Part shown: positions 1 through 10,900 of the stretch, piece after piece
Layout: every line of letters starts with the position of its first letter
How positions within the stretch are numbered: position 1 is the first letter of the stretch
Made by a program: the position numbers and the translations under genes
Notes under the pieces: generated by a model
Database searches by the model: none
Seen by the model: only the letters and a program-made list of their open reading frames with translations
What the model was told of the DNA's origin: nothing
NCBI GenBank assembly: GCA_043778225.1
Contig: JAYWGM010000101.1
Location: forward strand, 32,001 to 96,000
Direction of reading: 5' to 3'
Length of the DNA: 64,000 nucleotides
Source: Deinococcales bacterium
GTDB lineage: Bacteria > Deinococcota > Deinococci > Deinococcales > JAAFIG01

Positions 1-1
1 T

Positions 2-847
2 GTGGCGGGTGTACCAGAAATTATCTTGTGTACTCCACCCAATAAAGCTGGTTTTGTAGACCCAACAACCTTGGTGGCGGCGCTCGAGAGTGGCGTGACC
101 AAGGTTTTTGCGCTGGGTGGCGCGGTGGCGGTTGGGGCAATGGCATTTGGTACTACAACTGTGCCTCGAGTAGATAAAATTGGCGGTCCTGGCAACATTT
201 ATACTGTCCTAGCAATGCGACAGGTCTATGGGCAAGTTGGGATTATTTCGCTGCCCGGTCCAACTGAAACACTGGTGCTGGCAGACGACACCGCTAATCC
301 TGTTCATGTTGCCGCCGATTTACTGGCACAAGCCGAACACGTGGAGGCTGAGCCAGTGCTGATTGCCTTATCTAAGCACATTCTCAAAGCAACTTTGTTA
401 GAACTCGAGCAACAACTGGCGAGCCTACCCGAGCCAAACCAGACTTGGGCACGGAACGCTTGGCAACAGCGCGGCAAAATTATTCTCGAGTCAAATTTAG
501 AGACTGCCCTCGAGTTGGCGAATCATTATGCTCCCGAGCATTTGTGCTTACTGATTAAAAACCCGTGGGATGCTTTAGGGTTTGTCAAACACGCTGGCGG
601 GGTTTTTATTGGCGAGTACAGCATGGAAGCCCTTGGCGATTATTTGGCAGGACCTAGCCATGTGATGCCAACCATGGGTACAGCCCGGTTTAGTAGTCCC
701 GTCAATGTGCGCGATTTCCAAAAGATTATCAGTGTCGTGGCAGTCAATCGCCAGACCTTAGCGGCAACTGCCAAAGATGCAGCACGCTTGGCTCGAGCCG
801 AGGGTTTAGAAGCCCACGCCCGAGCCATTGAATCGCGCAGTCCATAA
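2..847 (+). CDS. hisD: Histidinol dehydrogenase (5' truncated by window edge)
   Basis: Motifs VDKIGGPGN, PGPTE, DLLAQAEH, YAPEHL, GDYLAGPSHVMPT, AEGLEAHA. Confidence 0.96.
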   Translation: MAGVPEIILCTPPNKAGFVDPTTLVAALESGVTKVFALGGAVAVGAMAFGTTTVPRVDKIGGPGNIYTVLAMRQVYGQVGIISLPGPTETLVLADDTANPVHVAADLLAQAEHVEAEPVLIALSKHILKATLLELEQQLASLPEPNQTWARNAWQQRGKIILESNLETALELANHYAPEHLCLLIKNPWDALGFVKHAGGVFIGEYSMEALGDYLAGPSHVMPTMGTARFSSPVNVRDFQKIISVVAVNRQTLAATAKDAARLARAEGLEAHARAIESRSP

Positions 848-934
848 AACGTGGCAAAGGTATGAATTGTCAGTTTAAGGCTACATTTGAGCCAAATCGC
901 TCACGGTTTTAGACATCGGCGTAGAATACAACCA

Positions 935-2137
935 ATGTGGCGTTGGCTTTTGGTCATAACAGCTTTGGTAATCTACTTGGTTTTTCGTCCGAGTAGCGCT
1001 CCATGGCTAATTTGGATTGCTTTTTTGGCTGGTTTATTCTGGTTTTTATACCGCTCAGCCCCAAAAATTCGAGTCCAGCGCCACCTCGAGACCCCCCAAA
1101 CATTTACCAAAGAAGCTGTGGCGGTGCGCCTAGAGGTGCAAAGCTCGAGTTGGCTACCGGTGCTTTTTAGCCTCTCGGAAAACGTACCTCTGACCCTGAT
1201 TCCAGACCGACAAGTGGCGCTAAGTGGTTTATTTTGGGGAAACAGCAAACACATTCTCGAGTATCGGGTCTTGCCCAATATGCGTGGTGAATTTGTTTTT
1301 TCAGCGCTCAGTCTCGATTGGAGCGACCCACTTGGCTTATTTTTAAGGTACAGCAAAATCCATGCCGATACCACAACCCTATTGGTCTATCCGGGACTGC
1401 ATCCGCTTGAATTACCCGATTTACGGCGTCCACTTTTAGCCGATGGTCCAAAAGCCAAGTTTTTTGGTCTCGAGGATGCGCTCTCCTTGCGTGGGGTGCG
1501 TGATTATGTGGCGGGTGACGAATTGCGCCGTATTCATTGGAAACAAACCGCCCGCTTTGGCACAGACAACGGGCGTTATCAGCGCCTTGTGGTGCGCGAG
1601 TACGAACGGGTGGCTGCCACTGGGGTTCATGTTCACCTCGATGTGTCGAGTCGTGGAAGAATTGGCGAGATTTTCTTAGAAAGTGCCACCCGTTTGGCTG
1701 CCAGTTTACTCAAAAGCGCCAACCAACAAAACTTGCGGGTCAGTGTCTCGAGCGCCTTAGCCAACACCGAAAGCGGCTCGAGTTTTCAGGCTTTAGAATG
1801 GGCTTTTGCTTTTTTAGCAAGGCTTAAACTTGAGCCAGATGCACCACTGACCGTACCATTACCCGAAGCAGGGGCAAACCTCATTTTAATCACCGAACGC
1901 GCCCCAAGCGATTTGATCACTGGAGCAATTCATGCCCGAGCTAGAGCCGCCCGAGTGACCGTGATTGCTCTGCCAGAAGGCTTTTATCTCGAGCCGGGCG
2001 AGTCGGGTAGGGCTGTACACCATGCGCCACCCGACGAAATCCGCGAACTCAACCGCAAAGCGGGGGTTCTCGAGGAGGCTGGCGTACAGGTTGTGGTCTT
2101 GCGCGGCGACGAAAGCATCCTAAAACTTGTCTCTTAG
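935..2137 (+). CDS. DUF58-domain membrane protein
   Basis: Two N-terminal TM segments, then DPLGLF, VRDYVAGDELRRIHWKQTAR and LVVREYE. ATG at 935 is preceded by TAGAAT. Confidence 0.88.
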   Translation: MWRWLLVITALVIYLVFRPSSAPWLIWIAFLAGLFWFLYRSAPKIRVQRHLETPQTFTKEAVAVRLEVQSSSWLPVLFSLSENVPLTLIPDRQVALSGLFWGNSKHILEYRVLPNMRGEFVFSALSLDWSDPLGLFLRYSKIHADTTTLLVYPGLHPLELPDLRRPLLADGPKAKFFGLEDALSLRGVRDYVAGDELRRIHWKQTARFGTDNGRYQRLVVREYERVAATGVHVHLDVSSRGRIGEIFLESATRLAASLLKSANQQNLRVSVSSALANTESGSSFQALEWAFAFLARLKLEPDAPLTVPLPEAGANLILITERAPSDLITGAIHARARAARVTVIALPEGFYLEPGESGRAVHHAPPDEIRELNRKAGVLEEAGVQVVVLRGDESILKLVS

Positions 2138-2151
2138 GGTAGTCTAAGACC

Positions 2152-2988
2152 ATGAATGGTAAAACAGTCGTGGTTACGGGTGCAAGCAATGGTATTGGGG
2201 CAGTTACCGCCCTCGAATTGGCACGGATGGGCGCTCGAGTGCTGCTTGTGGTTCGCAACGAAAGCAAGGGAAAGGCGGTACTCGAGCAGATTAAAACCCA
2301 AACAGGGCAAAGCGCCGAGCTATTTTTAGCCGATTTATCACTTATCAAAGAAACCCGCCGTGTCTCCGAAGAAATCAGCCGCGCTGCCCCAAGCATAGAT
2401 GTGTTGGTTAATAACGCTGGTGGTATTTTTACCGAACGGCTCGAGACCAAAGAGGGCTTAGAGATGACTTTTGCGCTCAATCATATGGCATATTTTGCCC
2501 TAACCACGCTCTTACTACCAAACCTGAAAGCGGCTGGTAACGCCCGCGTGGTCAGTGTCTCGAGCAACGCCCACACGATGGCGCGAATCCGTTGGGACGA
2601 CCTCCAAGCCAAACAAAAATTTAATGGCACAACTGCCTATGGCAATTCTAAACTGATGAATTTACTCTTTAGCAACGAACTCTCGCGGCAACTTGAGGGG
2701 ACTGGCATGACCAGCAACGCGCTTCATCCGGGTGTGGTCTCGACCGGTTTTGCTCAGAACGCGACTGGCGCTTGGAAATGGTTTTTTAGCCTTGCCAAAC
2801 CATTTTTAATCACCCCAGAAAAAGGCGCAGAGACCAGTATTTACTTAGCCTCGAGCCTCGAAATCGAAAGTGCCACCGCGATGTACTGGGATAAAAAACG
2901 CCCTGTTCAACCCAGCGCCGCCGCACTCGACCAGACCAGTCAAAAGCACCTTTGGCTCGAGTCAGAAAAAATCATGGCAAGCCTGTAA
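2152..2988 (+). CDS. SDR family oxidoreductase (retinol-dehydrogenase-like)
   Basis: TGASNGIG, NNAG, YGNSK (YxxxK), HPGVV. Confidence 0.92.
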   Translation: MNGKTVVVTGASNGIGAVTALELARMGARVLLVVRNESKGKAVLEQIKTQTGQSAELFLADLSLIKETRRVSEEISRAAPSIDVLVNNAGGIFTERLETKEGLEMTFALNHMAYFALTTLLLPNLKAAGNARVVSVSSNAHTMARIRWDDLQAKQKFNGTTAYGNSKLMNLLFSNELSRQLEGTGMTSNALHPGVVSTGFAQNATGAWKWFFSLAKPFLITPEKGAETSIYLASSLEIESATAMYWDKKRPVQPSAAALDQTSQKHLWLESEKIMASL

Positions 2989-3052
2989 ATTTGTGATATG
3001 AAAATTTTGCACACGACAACCCAGACGTGTATTTTGACTGATTAACCGACTA

Positions 3053-3169
3053 AGCGACCCTGCCCGTGAGCGACCACGCCCGTCAGCGACCCAGCCCGTA
3101 AGGTGCATCTTTAGGGTCAAGACAGGTGCGCGTTTGTGGTCAAGAGAGGTGCGTGTTCAGGGTCAAGAT
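3053..3169. repeat. Compound tandem repeat: 3 x 16 bp followed by 3 x 23 bp
   Basis: AGCGACCnnGCCCGTn at 3053, 3069, 3085; AGGTGCnnnTTnnGGTCAAGAn-like units at 3101, 3124, 3147. Confidence 0.9.
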
Positions 3170-3241
3170 GGTCAAATAAGAGTGATTAAGTTAATTCGGT
3201 ATAAGGTGGTCAGTAAAACAAGCCCCGCTCCTCCCAGTAAC

Positions 3242-3312
3242 CTCATCGCTTGAGAGAACCGCTTTACTCGTCGCTTGAGAGAGCCGCTTTACTCGTCGCT
3301 CGAGAGAACCGC
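3242..3312. repeat. 25-bp tandem repeat (about 2.8 copies) of the lepA 3' end and stop codon
   Basis: CTCRTCGCTYGAGAGARCCGCTTTA units start at 3242, 3267, 3292; the last copy is lepA coding sequence. Confidence 0.92.
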
Positions 3313-5079
3313 CAAGAAGGCTTCTTGCGGCACTTCGACTGTACCGATTGACTTCATGCGTTTGCGTCCTTTTTTCTGCTTATTTAAGAGTTTCTTTTTA
3401 CGGCTAATATCGCCACCGTAACATTTTGCCAGCACATCCTTGCGGTAGGCTTTGACAGTTGAACGGGCAATGATTTTTGCGCCAATCGCCGCCTGAATTG
3501 GAATCGGAAACATTTGCCGCGGAATCACTTCTGCCATTTTTTCAACGATTTTTCTGCCCATAAATTCGCTCTTATCGCGGTGGCAAATAATCGCTAAGGC
3601 ATCCACAATTTCGTTGTTGACCAAAATGCCAACTTTGACCAAATCGTTTTCTTGATAGCCAATCTGTTCGTAATCCATGCTGGCATAACCTCGCGACAGG
3701 CTCTTCAAGCGGTCGTGAAAATCGTACAGCACTTCGCCAAACGGCACTTCATAGCGCAGTTCTACGCGCTTACCGACATAGACCAAATCTTTCATGTTGC
3801 CGCGCTTTTCGACCAACAACTGCATAGCACTGCCAACGTACTCTTCGGGCAGAATAACCGATAGCTTAATGTATGGCTCTTCGATTCTTTCGATGCGGTC
3901 GGCAGTTGGCAAATGGGCTGGGTTCTGCATTTCAAAAATTGTGCCATCGGTTTTGGTGACACGGTAAATCACACTTGGCGCGGTGGCAATTAAATCCAAG
4001 TCAAATTCGCGCTCGAGCCTTTCTTGCACCACTTCGGCATGAAGTAAACCCAAGAATCCACAGCGAAAACCAAAGCCCAGCGCCTCGGAGGTTTCGGGTT
4101 CAAAATGCAGCGCCGCATCGTTGAGTTGTAGTTTCTCGAGCGCGTCGCGCATTCGTGGGTAATCAGCCGTCTCGGTTGGGTACAAACCACTAAAAACCAC
4201 AGGCTGGGATGGCTTAAAGCCCGGAAAAGGCGAGGCTGTGACTCGAGTTGCGCCAGTCACGGTATCGCCAACTTGGGCATCGTGGATGTCTTTGATGCTG
4301 GCGGTAAACCAGCCAACCTCGCCAGCGCTCAACGAACCAATTTTCTCGAGTGCGGGGCGAAAAACCCCGACTTCATCCACGATACATTCTTTTTCGGTGT
4401 TCCAGAATTTCACACGGTCGCCGGGCGTGATGCTGCCCTCGAGAACCCGAATAAACGGAATCACGCCCTGATAACTGGTGTAGACACTATCAAAAACCAA
4501 GGCTTTAAGCGGTGCGGCAGGGTCGCCAGATGGGGCTGGAATCCGCGCCACAATTGCCTCGAGAATTTCAACCACACCCTCGCCCGTTTTACCACTGGCA
4601 AAGAGCGCATTTTCGGCTGGAATACCAATCACTTGCTCGAGTTCCATTGCCGCTTCAACTGGCATGGCGCTGGGTAAATCAATTTTATTGACGACTGGCA
4701 CAATTAAAAGGTCGCTCTCGACCGCCAAATAGGCGTTGACAATCGTTTGTGCCTCGACTCCTTGGCTGGCATCCACCAAAAGCAGCACGCCTTCGCAGGC
4801 AGCCAAACTGCGCGAGACTTCGTAGTTAAAATCGACATGACCGGGGGTGTCGATCAGGTGAAAAATATAGCTCTGCCCGTCTTTTGCGACATAATCTAAA
4901 CGCACTGGGGTTGCCTTAATCGTGATGCCACGCTCACGCTCGAGGTCGAGGGTATCGAGGGTTTGTTCGCGGCGGTCTCGGTCGGTCATTGCCCCACAGA
5001 CATCAAGAATCCTGTCCGCAAGGGTACTCTTCCCATGGTCTACATGGGCAATAATAGAAAAATTACGGATGTTGCTCAC
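3289..5079 (-). CDS. lepA: Elongation factor 4 (LepA)
   Basis: [48 protein letters not shown]. Confidence 0.99.
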   Translation of the reverse strand: MSNIRNFSIIAHVDHGKSTLADRILDVCGAMTDRDRREQTLDTLDLERERGITIKATPVRLDYVAKDGQSYIFHLIDTPGHVDFNYEVSRSLAACEGVLLLVDASQGVEAQTIVNAYLAVESDLLIVPVVNKIDLPSAMPVEAAMELEQVIGIPAENALFASGKTGEGVVEILEAIVARIPAPSGDPAAPLKALVFDSVYTSYQGVIPFIRVLEGSITPGDRVKFWNTEKECIVDEVGVFRPALEKIGSLSAGEVGWFTASIKDIHDAQVGDTVTGATRVTASPFPGFKPSQPVVFSGLYPTETADYPRMRDALEKLQLNDAALHFEPETSEALGFGFRCGFLGLLHAEVVQERLEREFDLDLIATAPSVIYRVTKTDGTIFEMQNPAHLPTADRIERIEEPYIKLSVILPEEYVGSAMQLLVEKRGNMKDLVYVGKRVELRYEVPFGEVLYDFHDRLKSLSRGYASMDYEQIGYQENDLVKVGILVNNEIVDALAIICHRDKSEFMGRKIVEKMAEVIPRQMFPIPIQAAIGAKIIARSTVKAYRKDVLAKCYGGDISRKKKLLNKQKKGRKRMKSIGTVEVPQEAFLAVLSSDE

Positions 5080-5138
5080 AATGCTTTTGAGTCTAGCAAA
5101 CTAAGATGGGGTGGAATGTCTTTAGACACCAAAAAGCA

Positions 5139-5209
5139 GGACAGACACGAGGGTCTGTCCCTAGAGTAAGGGGCGACCCAGCCTGACAGGTGTATCTTTG
5201 GGGTCAAGA
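5139..5209. repeat. REP-like hairpin plus a 37-bp element also present at 3086-3122
   Basis: GGACAGAC-loop-GTCTGTCC stem; 5173-5209 matches 3086-3122 at 32/37 nt. Confidence 0.75.
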
Positions 5210-5350
5210 ACTGTGTTCGCCTGTGACAAACGACGACTTTATAAACACGCTCTGAGAATTTTGCTACAAAACTGGTAGCGATTCGCCAATTGTCGGTTTC
5301 GGGCGATTGGTATGGTCATGGGCTATTCCTAAATTACTTGCTCGAGTCAA

Positions 5351-5379
5351 TCTCGGGGTGCAAAACTTGCACCCCGAGA
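5351..5379 (-). terminator. Hairpin downstream of the delta-60 lipoprotein gene (terminator or REP-like)
   Basis: Perfect 13-bp inverted repeat TCTCGGGGTGCAA / TTGCACCCCGAGA. Confidence 0.55.
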
Positions 5380-5389
5380 CGAACAAAGA

Positions 5390-7597
5390 TTAGGGTTTGA
5401 ATTTAGCCACAACTGTAAATGGCGCATTAAGTGTATTGTTCCCAAAGCCAGTGCCAAATGCCATGGCACTGCTGTCTGGTAAACCAACCACACCTGTAAA
5501 AACCGAATCAAAGCTGAGGCTGTTACTTAGGTTGGTATACCCGAGCAGCATTTTGCCACCGACCCCAAAGGTAGGGTCTAAGCTACCATCTTGGTTGAGC
5601 CGCACAGCCGCAAAGTCGTTGGTGTTGGCTGCGCCGACCATCATGATTTTGTTGTTTGCCAGAACCGTGATGGCTCGAGGAAGGTGCAGGTTTGCATTGA
5701 AGCTCACGTCTATGCGTCCGTCGGTGTCAAAACTGAGGTCGAGGCTACCATCGGCTGCCAAACGAACCACACTGTACAATTCGGTGGTGACATCACGAAT
5801 CAGCAAAAGCAATCTGCCTTGAGCATCCAAAGTTACACGGCTGCGGGCGTTAATTGAACTTAAAATCAGCCCTGCATTGCTGATTGGTCGGCTTTGATAG
5901 CTTGCATCCACCGTGCCATCTTGCAGGATACGAGTGATATTGATCGCTGGGGTTACACCAGGATTTGAATCTTTAATGACAATAAAGCGCCCTAACGAAT
6001 CGGTTAAAGCAATGGCTGAGTCTGTGGAAAGCACACCCGGAATCGTAATTGCTTTGCGTCCATCACCATCAAAGTCTGGGTCTAAGTTGCCACCGGGGGT
6101 TAAGCGAATCAATTCGTTTTGGGTGATAAACAAGAAGCGACCCAATTCAACTTGGGCAAAGGTTAAGACATCGCCCACGCCTGCACCAATCACACCACTG
6201 CTCAGTTGGGTTGCACCATTTGTACCAAAACTCGAGTCCAAAGTACCATTTGGGTTCAAACGGATAATTTGCCGATTGTCGTGAACAAAGATTTTATTGT
6301 CGGCTTGGAGTACAAATTGGCTTGGACTCACAAACCCTAGTGCCGTGGGAGGATTAAAAGTGCTGTCGAGCGTCCCATCGGCGTTAAGGCGTGCGATGCC
6401 AAAAGTGCCAGCCGTGACCAGTATTTTGCCATCTGGTTGCCTTAGATTAAAACGACCATTGATGTTCGGGGTGGTCTTAAAACCAGCCAATGGCAGATTG
6501 GTGAAACTCGAGTCCAAGGCGCTGTCACCAAGGTTGGTGGCTTTAGGTTGTTCAAAACGACTCAGCACGCTGGTTTCAACCAGAAGGGTTTGTACAATTC
6601 CACCGCCAGTGCCTTTAATCGTAAAGTTTTGTGCGCCAGAAGGGGTATTCAAACCCGCAGTCATAAACATATTGGTATTTGTACCGTTTTCGACCCGCAT
6701 ATCTTGTGGTACGCCCTGAGCGCTAATCACCACAGCAGCCGTAAAACCAGCTTTGCGTTCGACATTGACTGTAAAATTACTGCGAACTTCTTGTAAAATT
6801 GGCGTTTCTATGGCAGTGGTACTGAGCCTAAAGCCCAAGGTGCTGGCTGGCAGAACTGTTAATTGCACCACGGTGCTTCTGGAAATTCCGTTTGCCACAC
6901 CGACCATTCTCATGGCATAGACTCCGGGCAGGGTGTTATTGGCAAGGCTTAATGTGACCAGCGAAGTATTCTGATTGGGCGGATTGACTGTCGGCACAGG
7001 GTTCTTATTAAAAACAGCACTGACTCCAAGCGGTAAATTCTCGAGCGTTAATTGGACATTGCCACTAAAGGCTGGGTCTATTTCTTTGACGTTAATGCCA
7101 AATTTGGCGGTAAAACCGGGTTCGGCACTGAACACATTGGGGGTTGCAGTCAGGGTGTAGACCAAACCTGTGAGGGCTGGAACAACGACGTTGATATTGG
7201 TACTGACGGTGATGGCTGCGGCTTGGGCTTTAAGGTTTTTTCCGGATATGCCATCAATCGCAACACCAAGCACTTTTAAGGTGTATGTACCGGGGGCAAC
7301 ATTTTTACCAACTTTAAGGCGCACACCACAGTCGCCGTTGCTCGAGTCGCGGGTCCATTCTTGGGTAAAACCAGTCGGTAAGTTCTCGAAAGTCATCTGT
7401 ACAAGGTCAGTAAAGCCAGCCTCTCGCTCGAGCGCCACAAAACTGGTGGCTTCGCCGCCGACTGGAATCTCGAGGCTGATTTCGGCGGGTTTGAGCTTAA
7501 AGGTGGCGGCTGGTGGCGGAATGGGTGTAGGGATGTTGCAAGCCACAATCAAGAGTCCAAAGGCAAGCAAGCCACTGATTTGATGTCCTAATTTCAT
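5390..7597 (-). CDS. Surface lipoprotein with Ig-like repeats and delta-60 (beta-propeller) repeats
   Basis: AAGGAG RBS, lipobox LIVAC, three beta-rich Ig-like modules, repeated QPDGKILV / RLNADGTLDSTF / LDPTFG. Confidence 0.85.
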   Translation of the reverse strand: MKLGHQISGLLAFGLLIVACNIPTPIPPPAATFKLKPAEISLEIPVGGEATSFVALEREAGFTDLVQMTFENLPTGFTQEWTRDSSNGDCGVRLKVGKNVAPGTYTLKVLGVAIDGISGKNLKAQAAAITVSTNINVVVPALTGLVYTLTATPNVFSAEPGFTAKFGINVKEIDPAFSGNVQLTLENLPLGVSAVFNKNPVPTVNPPNQNTSLVTLSLANNTLPGVYAMRMVGVANGISRSTVVQLTVLPASTLGFRLSTTAIETPILQEVRSNFTVNVERKAGFTAAVVISAQGVPQDMRVENGTNTNMFMTAGLNTPSGAQNFTIKGTGGGIVQTLLVETSVLSRFEQPKATNLGDSALDSSFTNLPLAGFKTTPNINGRFNLRQPDGKILVTAGTFGIARLNADGTLDSTFNPPTALGFVSPSQFVLQADNKIFVHDNRQIIRLNPNGTLDSSFGTNGATQLSSGVIGAGVGDVLTFAQVELGRFLFITQNELIRLTPGGNLDPDFDGDGRKAITIPGVLSTDSAIALTDSLGRFIVIKDSNPGVTPAINITRILQDGTVDASYQSRPISNAGLILSSINARSRVTLDAQGRLLLLIRDVTTELYSVVRLAADGSLDLSFDTDGRIDVSFNANLHLPRAITVLANNKIMMVGAANTNDFAAVRLNQDGSLDPTFGVGGKMLLGYTNLSNSLSFDSVFTGVVGLPDSSAMAFGTGFGNNTLNAPFTVVAKFKP

Positions 7598-7647
7598 GAT
7601 TTTCTCCTTAAAAAACGCGAGGGCTAAAGAACGAACTGCCAAATTTT

Positions 7648-7866
7648 TTACAAAACCTCCTGTCGAAACCAAAGGCGAAATGGACTGTGGGATTGCCGAA
7701 CAAGCCACTCGGCAATCAACTGCCAAGCAACAAGTTCGGCACGTGGCTCGAGACCAGACCGAGGTATAACTCGAGCGATGCGCTCGAATTTGACAGCCGT
7801 CCGTAGTCTCGAGGTACGAGAAGGACTTATCTGAGGCTGCACTGGTTTGACCGATTCGAGTACCAT
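7648..7866 (-). CDS. Possible small protein (72 aa) between the regulator and the lipoprotein
   Basis: ATG ORF filling the gap, co-oriented with its neighbours; no recognisable family. Confidence 0.3.
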   Translation of the reverse strand: MVLESVKPVQPQISPSRTSRLRTAVKFERIARVIPRSGLEPRAELVAWQLIAEWLVRQSHSPFRLWFRQEVL

Positions 7867-7900
7867 GCCAATAGCATCTGGTAATCAGACTAACGGCTGA

Positions 7901-10900
7901 CTAACGGCTGGTTATGGCTCGAGTTTCAAGTGGGCTTAACTGCACCCCGACCTCATGAAAACGCACTTGGGCTTGGCTATATAACTGTTCTGCCCCAAGC
8001 GCATCCCCAGAGGCTAACAAGGCATCTCTGGCTAACATCACGGCATCGAGTTCATACGGTTCTGCCTCGAGCCAAATCAGGGCTAATCGCGCGGCTTCAT
8101 CAGGATTTTTGATGATTGCATTTTCGATATAGGCAGTCAAAGCCTGATAAATTCGGTTGCGTGCCATCGAATCCTGCCCACCAGCGAAATCTGCCAGCCA
8201 TGCACCACGCCACAAAGTAGAATCGGCGGTCTGTAAAAAAGTTTCGGCATCGGTACGAACCTCATCCCCAAGTGCATAACCCGTGCTGGTACGCACAATC
8301 ACATTCTGCCCAAGATGGCTGCGTAAACGATAAATCAGTTGTTGTAAGGCAGCAATGGCGGCGCTTTCCTCAAAATTTAGATAGAGTAAATCCAGTAACT
8401 CGAGTTGACTGATTTCGCCTTGTCCGCGCAAGCGCAATTCGGACAGTAAAGCCAACAATTCACGTCCCTTGGCAGCTTTATAATTTATGGGTAAGCCGTC
8501 GCGTTCAAATTGTAACGAACCGAGATTGGCAATTCTAAAACTGGTTTGCAGAGGTGCTTTTTGTCGCTGCTCGAGGTCTGGCATAAAGCGGTACAGCACA
8601 AACAATAAACCACCCAGTTCTTGGGTTTTTAAGCGCTGCTCGAGGTCAAGGGCTAACGTGCGGTCTTGGGTCATACGAACCAACTCAAGTTCGATGAAAT
8701 CTTTTTCTTCTGTAAACTGCGGCGCGTTCTGAGCTTCTGATAAGGCTTTTACAGCCGCATCTCGAGAATTCTGTCGCTCGAGAATAAAGGCTTGTTGCCA
8801 CGGCGTAAAACCCGTCTCGAGTTGAATTTCTTGGGCATACTTTTTGGCTATCTCGAGATGACCAAACCGCGCCTCGAGTTCAATAAGTTTTAACTTTGCT
8901 TCTTTATAAATATCGGAAGTAGCAGCAGTTATTCGTAAAATTTCACGGGCATATTTTATGGCGAGTAGCTCATCCAAAGCGGCTGCCCGTTGGCTGTAGA
9001 GCATCATCAGGTGGGCGTAAAGCATTGGCGCAAAAACAGCTTGAGTGACCCGTACAGTTTGTAAATACTCAAGGAAATACCGTTCGGCTAATTCAAACTG
9101 ACCTAGCCAACGCAAAGCTGCGGCTAAGTTAAGTTCGGCTGCCATGCTTTCACCGAGGTTATATTCAAGCGTTAATTTGATACTCTTTTGAGCAGCCACA
9201 ACAGCCTCTTGGTATTGCTTTGTCCAAAGGTAGCAACTGCTTAAATTCGCCTGCAAGGTTGCAAATTGTCTTAATTCGTTGATGTCAGCTTTTGCGATTT
9301 TCACTTGTGGCTCGAGCAAAGCAATACCGCTTTTTATAGCCATAACCGCTTTTGGATACTGCCGCTCGGTTTTAAGTAGATTTGCCATAGAGTTTAAGAT
9401 AACCGCTTGTGCCATGAACGAAAGAGAGGGTAAGGCTTTGGCGACTTCAAGCCAATACCAACTTCTTTTGGTATTCCCTAGGTTGGCATAGGCTTCTGCA
9501 ACGGTTCTGTACAGGTTAAAACTGGCACTGGCATGAATTTCAGGATGGTTTTCCCAAAGCTGGGTAAGATATTGAAAGCCCACGCTATCTTTTTTGGCAA
9601 ACCAGACAAGAATTTCTTGGTAGATTTTCTGGCAATTTTGCTCGGCTGTTAAGTGATTTGGCAATAAAGTTAAGGTGCGTTTTCCGTCCTCAAACAATCC
9701 AAAAGCCGCTAACCAATTGGCTTTTTTGAGCAAAACTGGTACTTCTAGTAAAGGGGCTTCTATTGCCACATCTAAGAGTTGAAGTGCCGCTTTTGGGTCA
9801 TGATTGACCAAAACCAAAGCCAATTCAAACGCCATTTTCGGACGTTCGGGACTATTTATGAACTCGAGTAATTGTACTTTTAAGGACAATGCCTGAGGCA
9901 CTTCTTTGTTCTGCTCGAGTTCAGCAATGGCTTTTTCAAGCAGTGCCTTGGCGTGTAGCGGTTCGAGTTTGGCGAACTCGAGCAATGCCGCCGCCATGAC
10001 TGGAGGCGCAACTGGCAATAATTTTCGGGCTGCCAACTGCAAAAGCTGTTTTTGGGTGTGTCGAAAAACTTCCGAGAATAACGGGTGGGCAATGCTAAAC
10101 TGCGAATCCAAAACCCCATGATTTTGCAAGGTCAGCCGCGCCGCTTCAAAAGGCTGATTTGGTAATTGACTGGCGGGTTGCCATAACTCGAACGAATCGG
10201 CAATTAAAATTCGTAAGCCAAAAACACCAGAAAGTACCGTGTCGGTCACAATTGGTTCTAACATATTCTCAATTAATGCCTCGAGACTGCTCGGCATGGT
10301 GAGCGCAGTCGGTTCTCGCCAATGCCAGTCTTTACCATCGCTCCAAACTGAACCTTGACGCATCAAGAGTTTTAGAAACTCGAGTAAAAAGAGCGGATTT
10401 CCACTGGCTCGAGGTAAAATCCAATCAAGCGTAGCCTTTGGTAAGGCTGCTCCGAGTTTAGTGGCGAGTAAGGCTTGACTGGCATCGGAACTCAACACCT
10501 CGAGCGGTAAAGCCTCGAATTCGGAAGGCGGCAAACCTCGGCTGGTTGCCAAAATCCCCACGCCTCGAGTTGTTTTTATGGCTTTAGCTACGCTATTCCA
10601 AAAGATTTGTTGCTCGAGGCTGGCTTCGTGAATATCCTCGAGATGCAGCACAAATGGCGCAAGGCTCACAAGCCATGCCGCCACGGCTTCGGCAGCAGCC
10701 GTTAATTTTATTTCGTTGCGCTGCAAACGTTGCAAGGTTGTTTGGACATGACCAGCCACTCGTCCAACTCGAGGTAGACGCAAAAAGAACTGGTCAGAAT
10801 TGGCGATCGCATGAAGGCTGACACTTTTGATTGGCAAGGCTTTTAGCACCAACTGGGCAGTATGGGTTTTACCAATGCCCGCATGACCAACCAGACAAAG

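Noticed and set aside
3053..3312. Repeat clusters (also 24180, 41226, 50865) as CRISPR arrays
   Set aside because: Units are directly tandem with no unique spacers, only about 3 copies, and no cas genes are present.
5397..7583. Series of plus-strand ORFs antisense to the lipoprotein (and similar shadow ORFs elsewhere)
   Set aside because: They mirror real genes on the other strand and show no RBS or family motifs.
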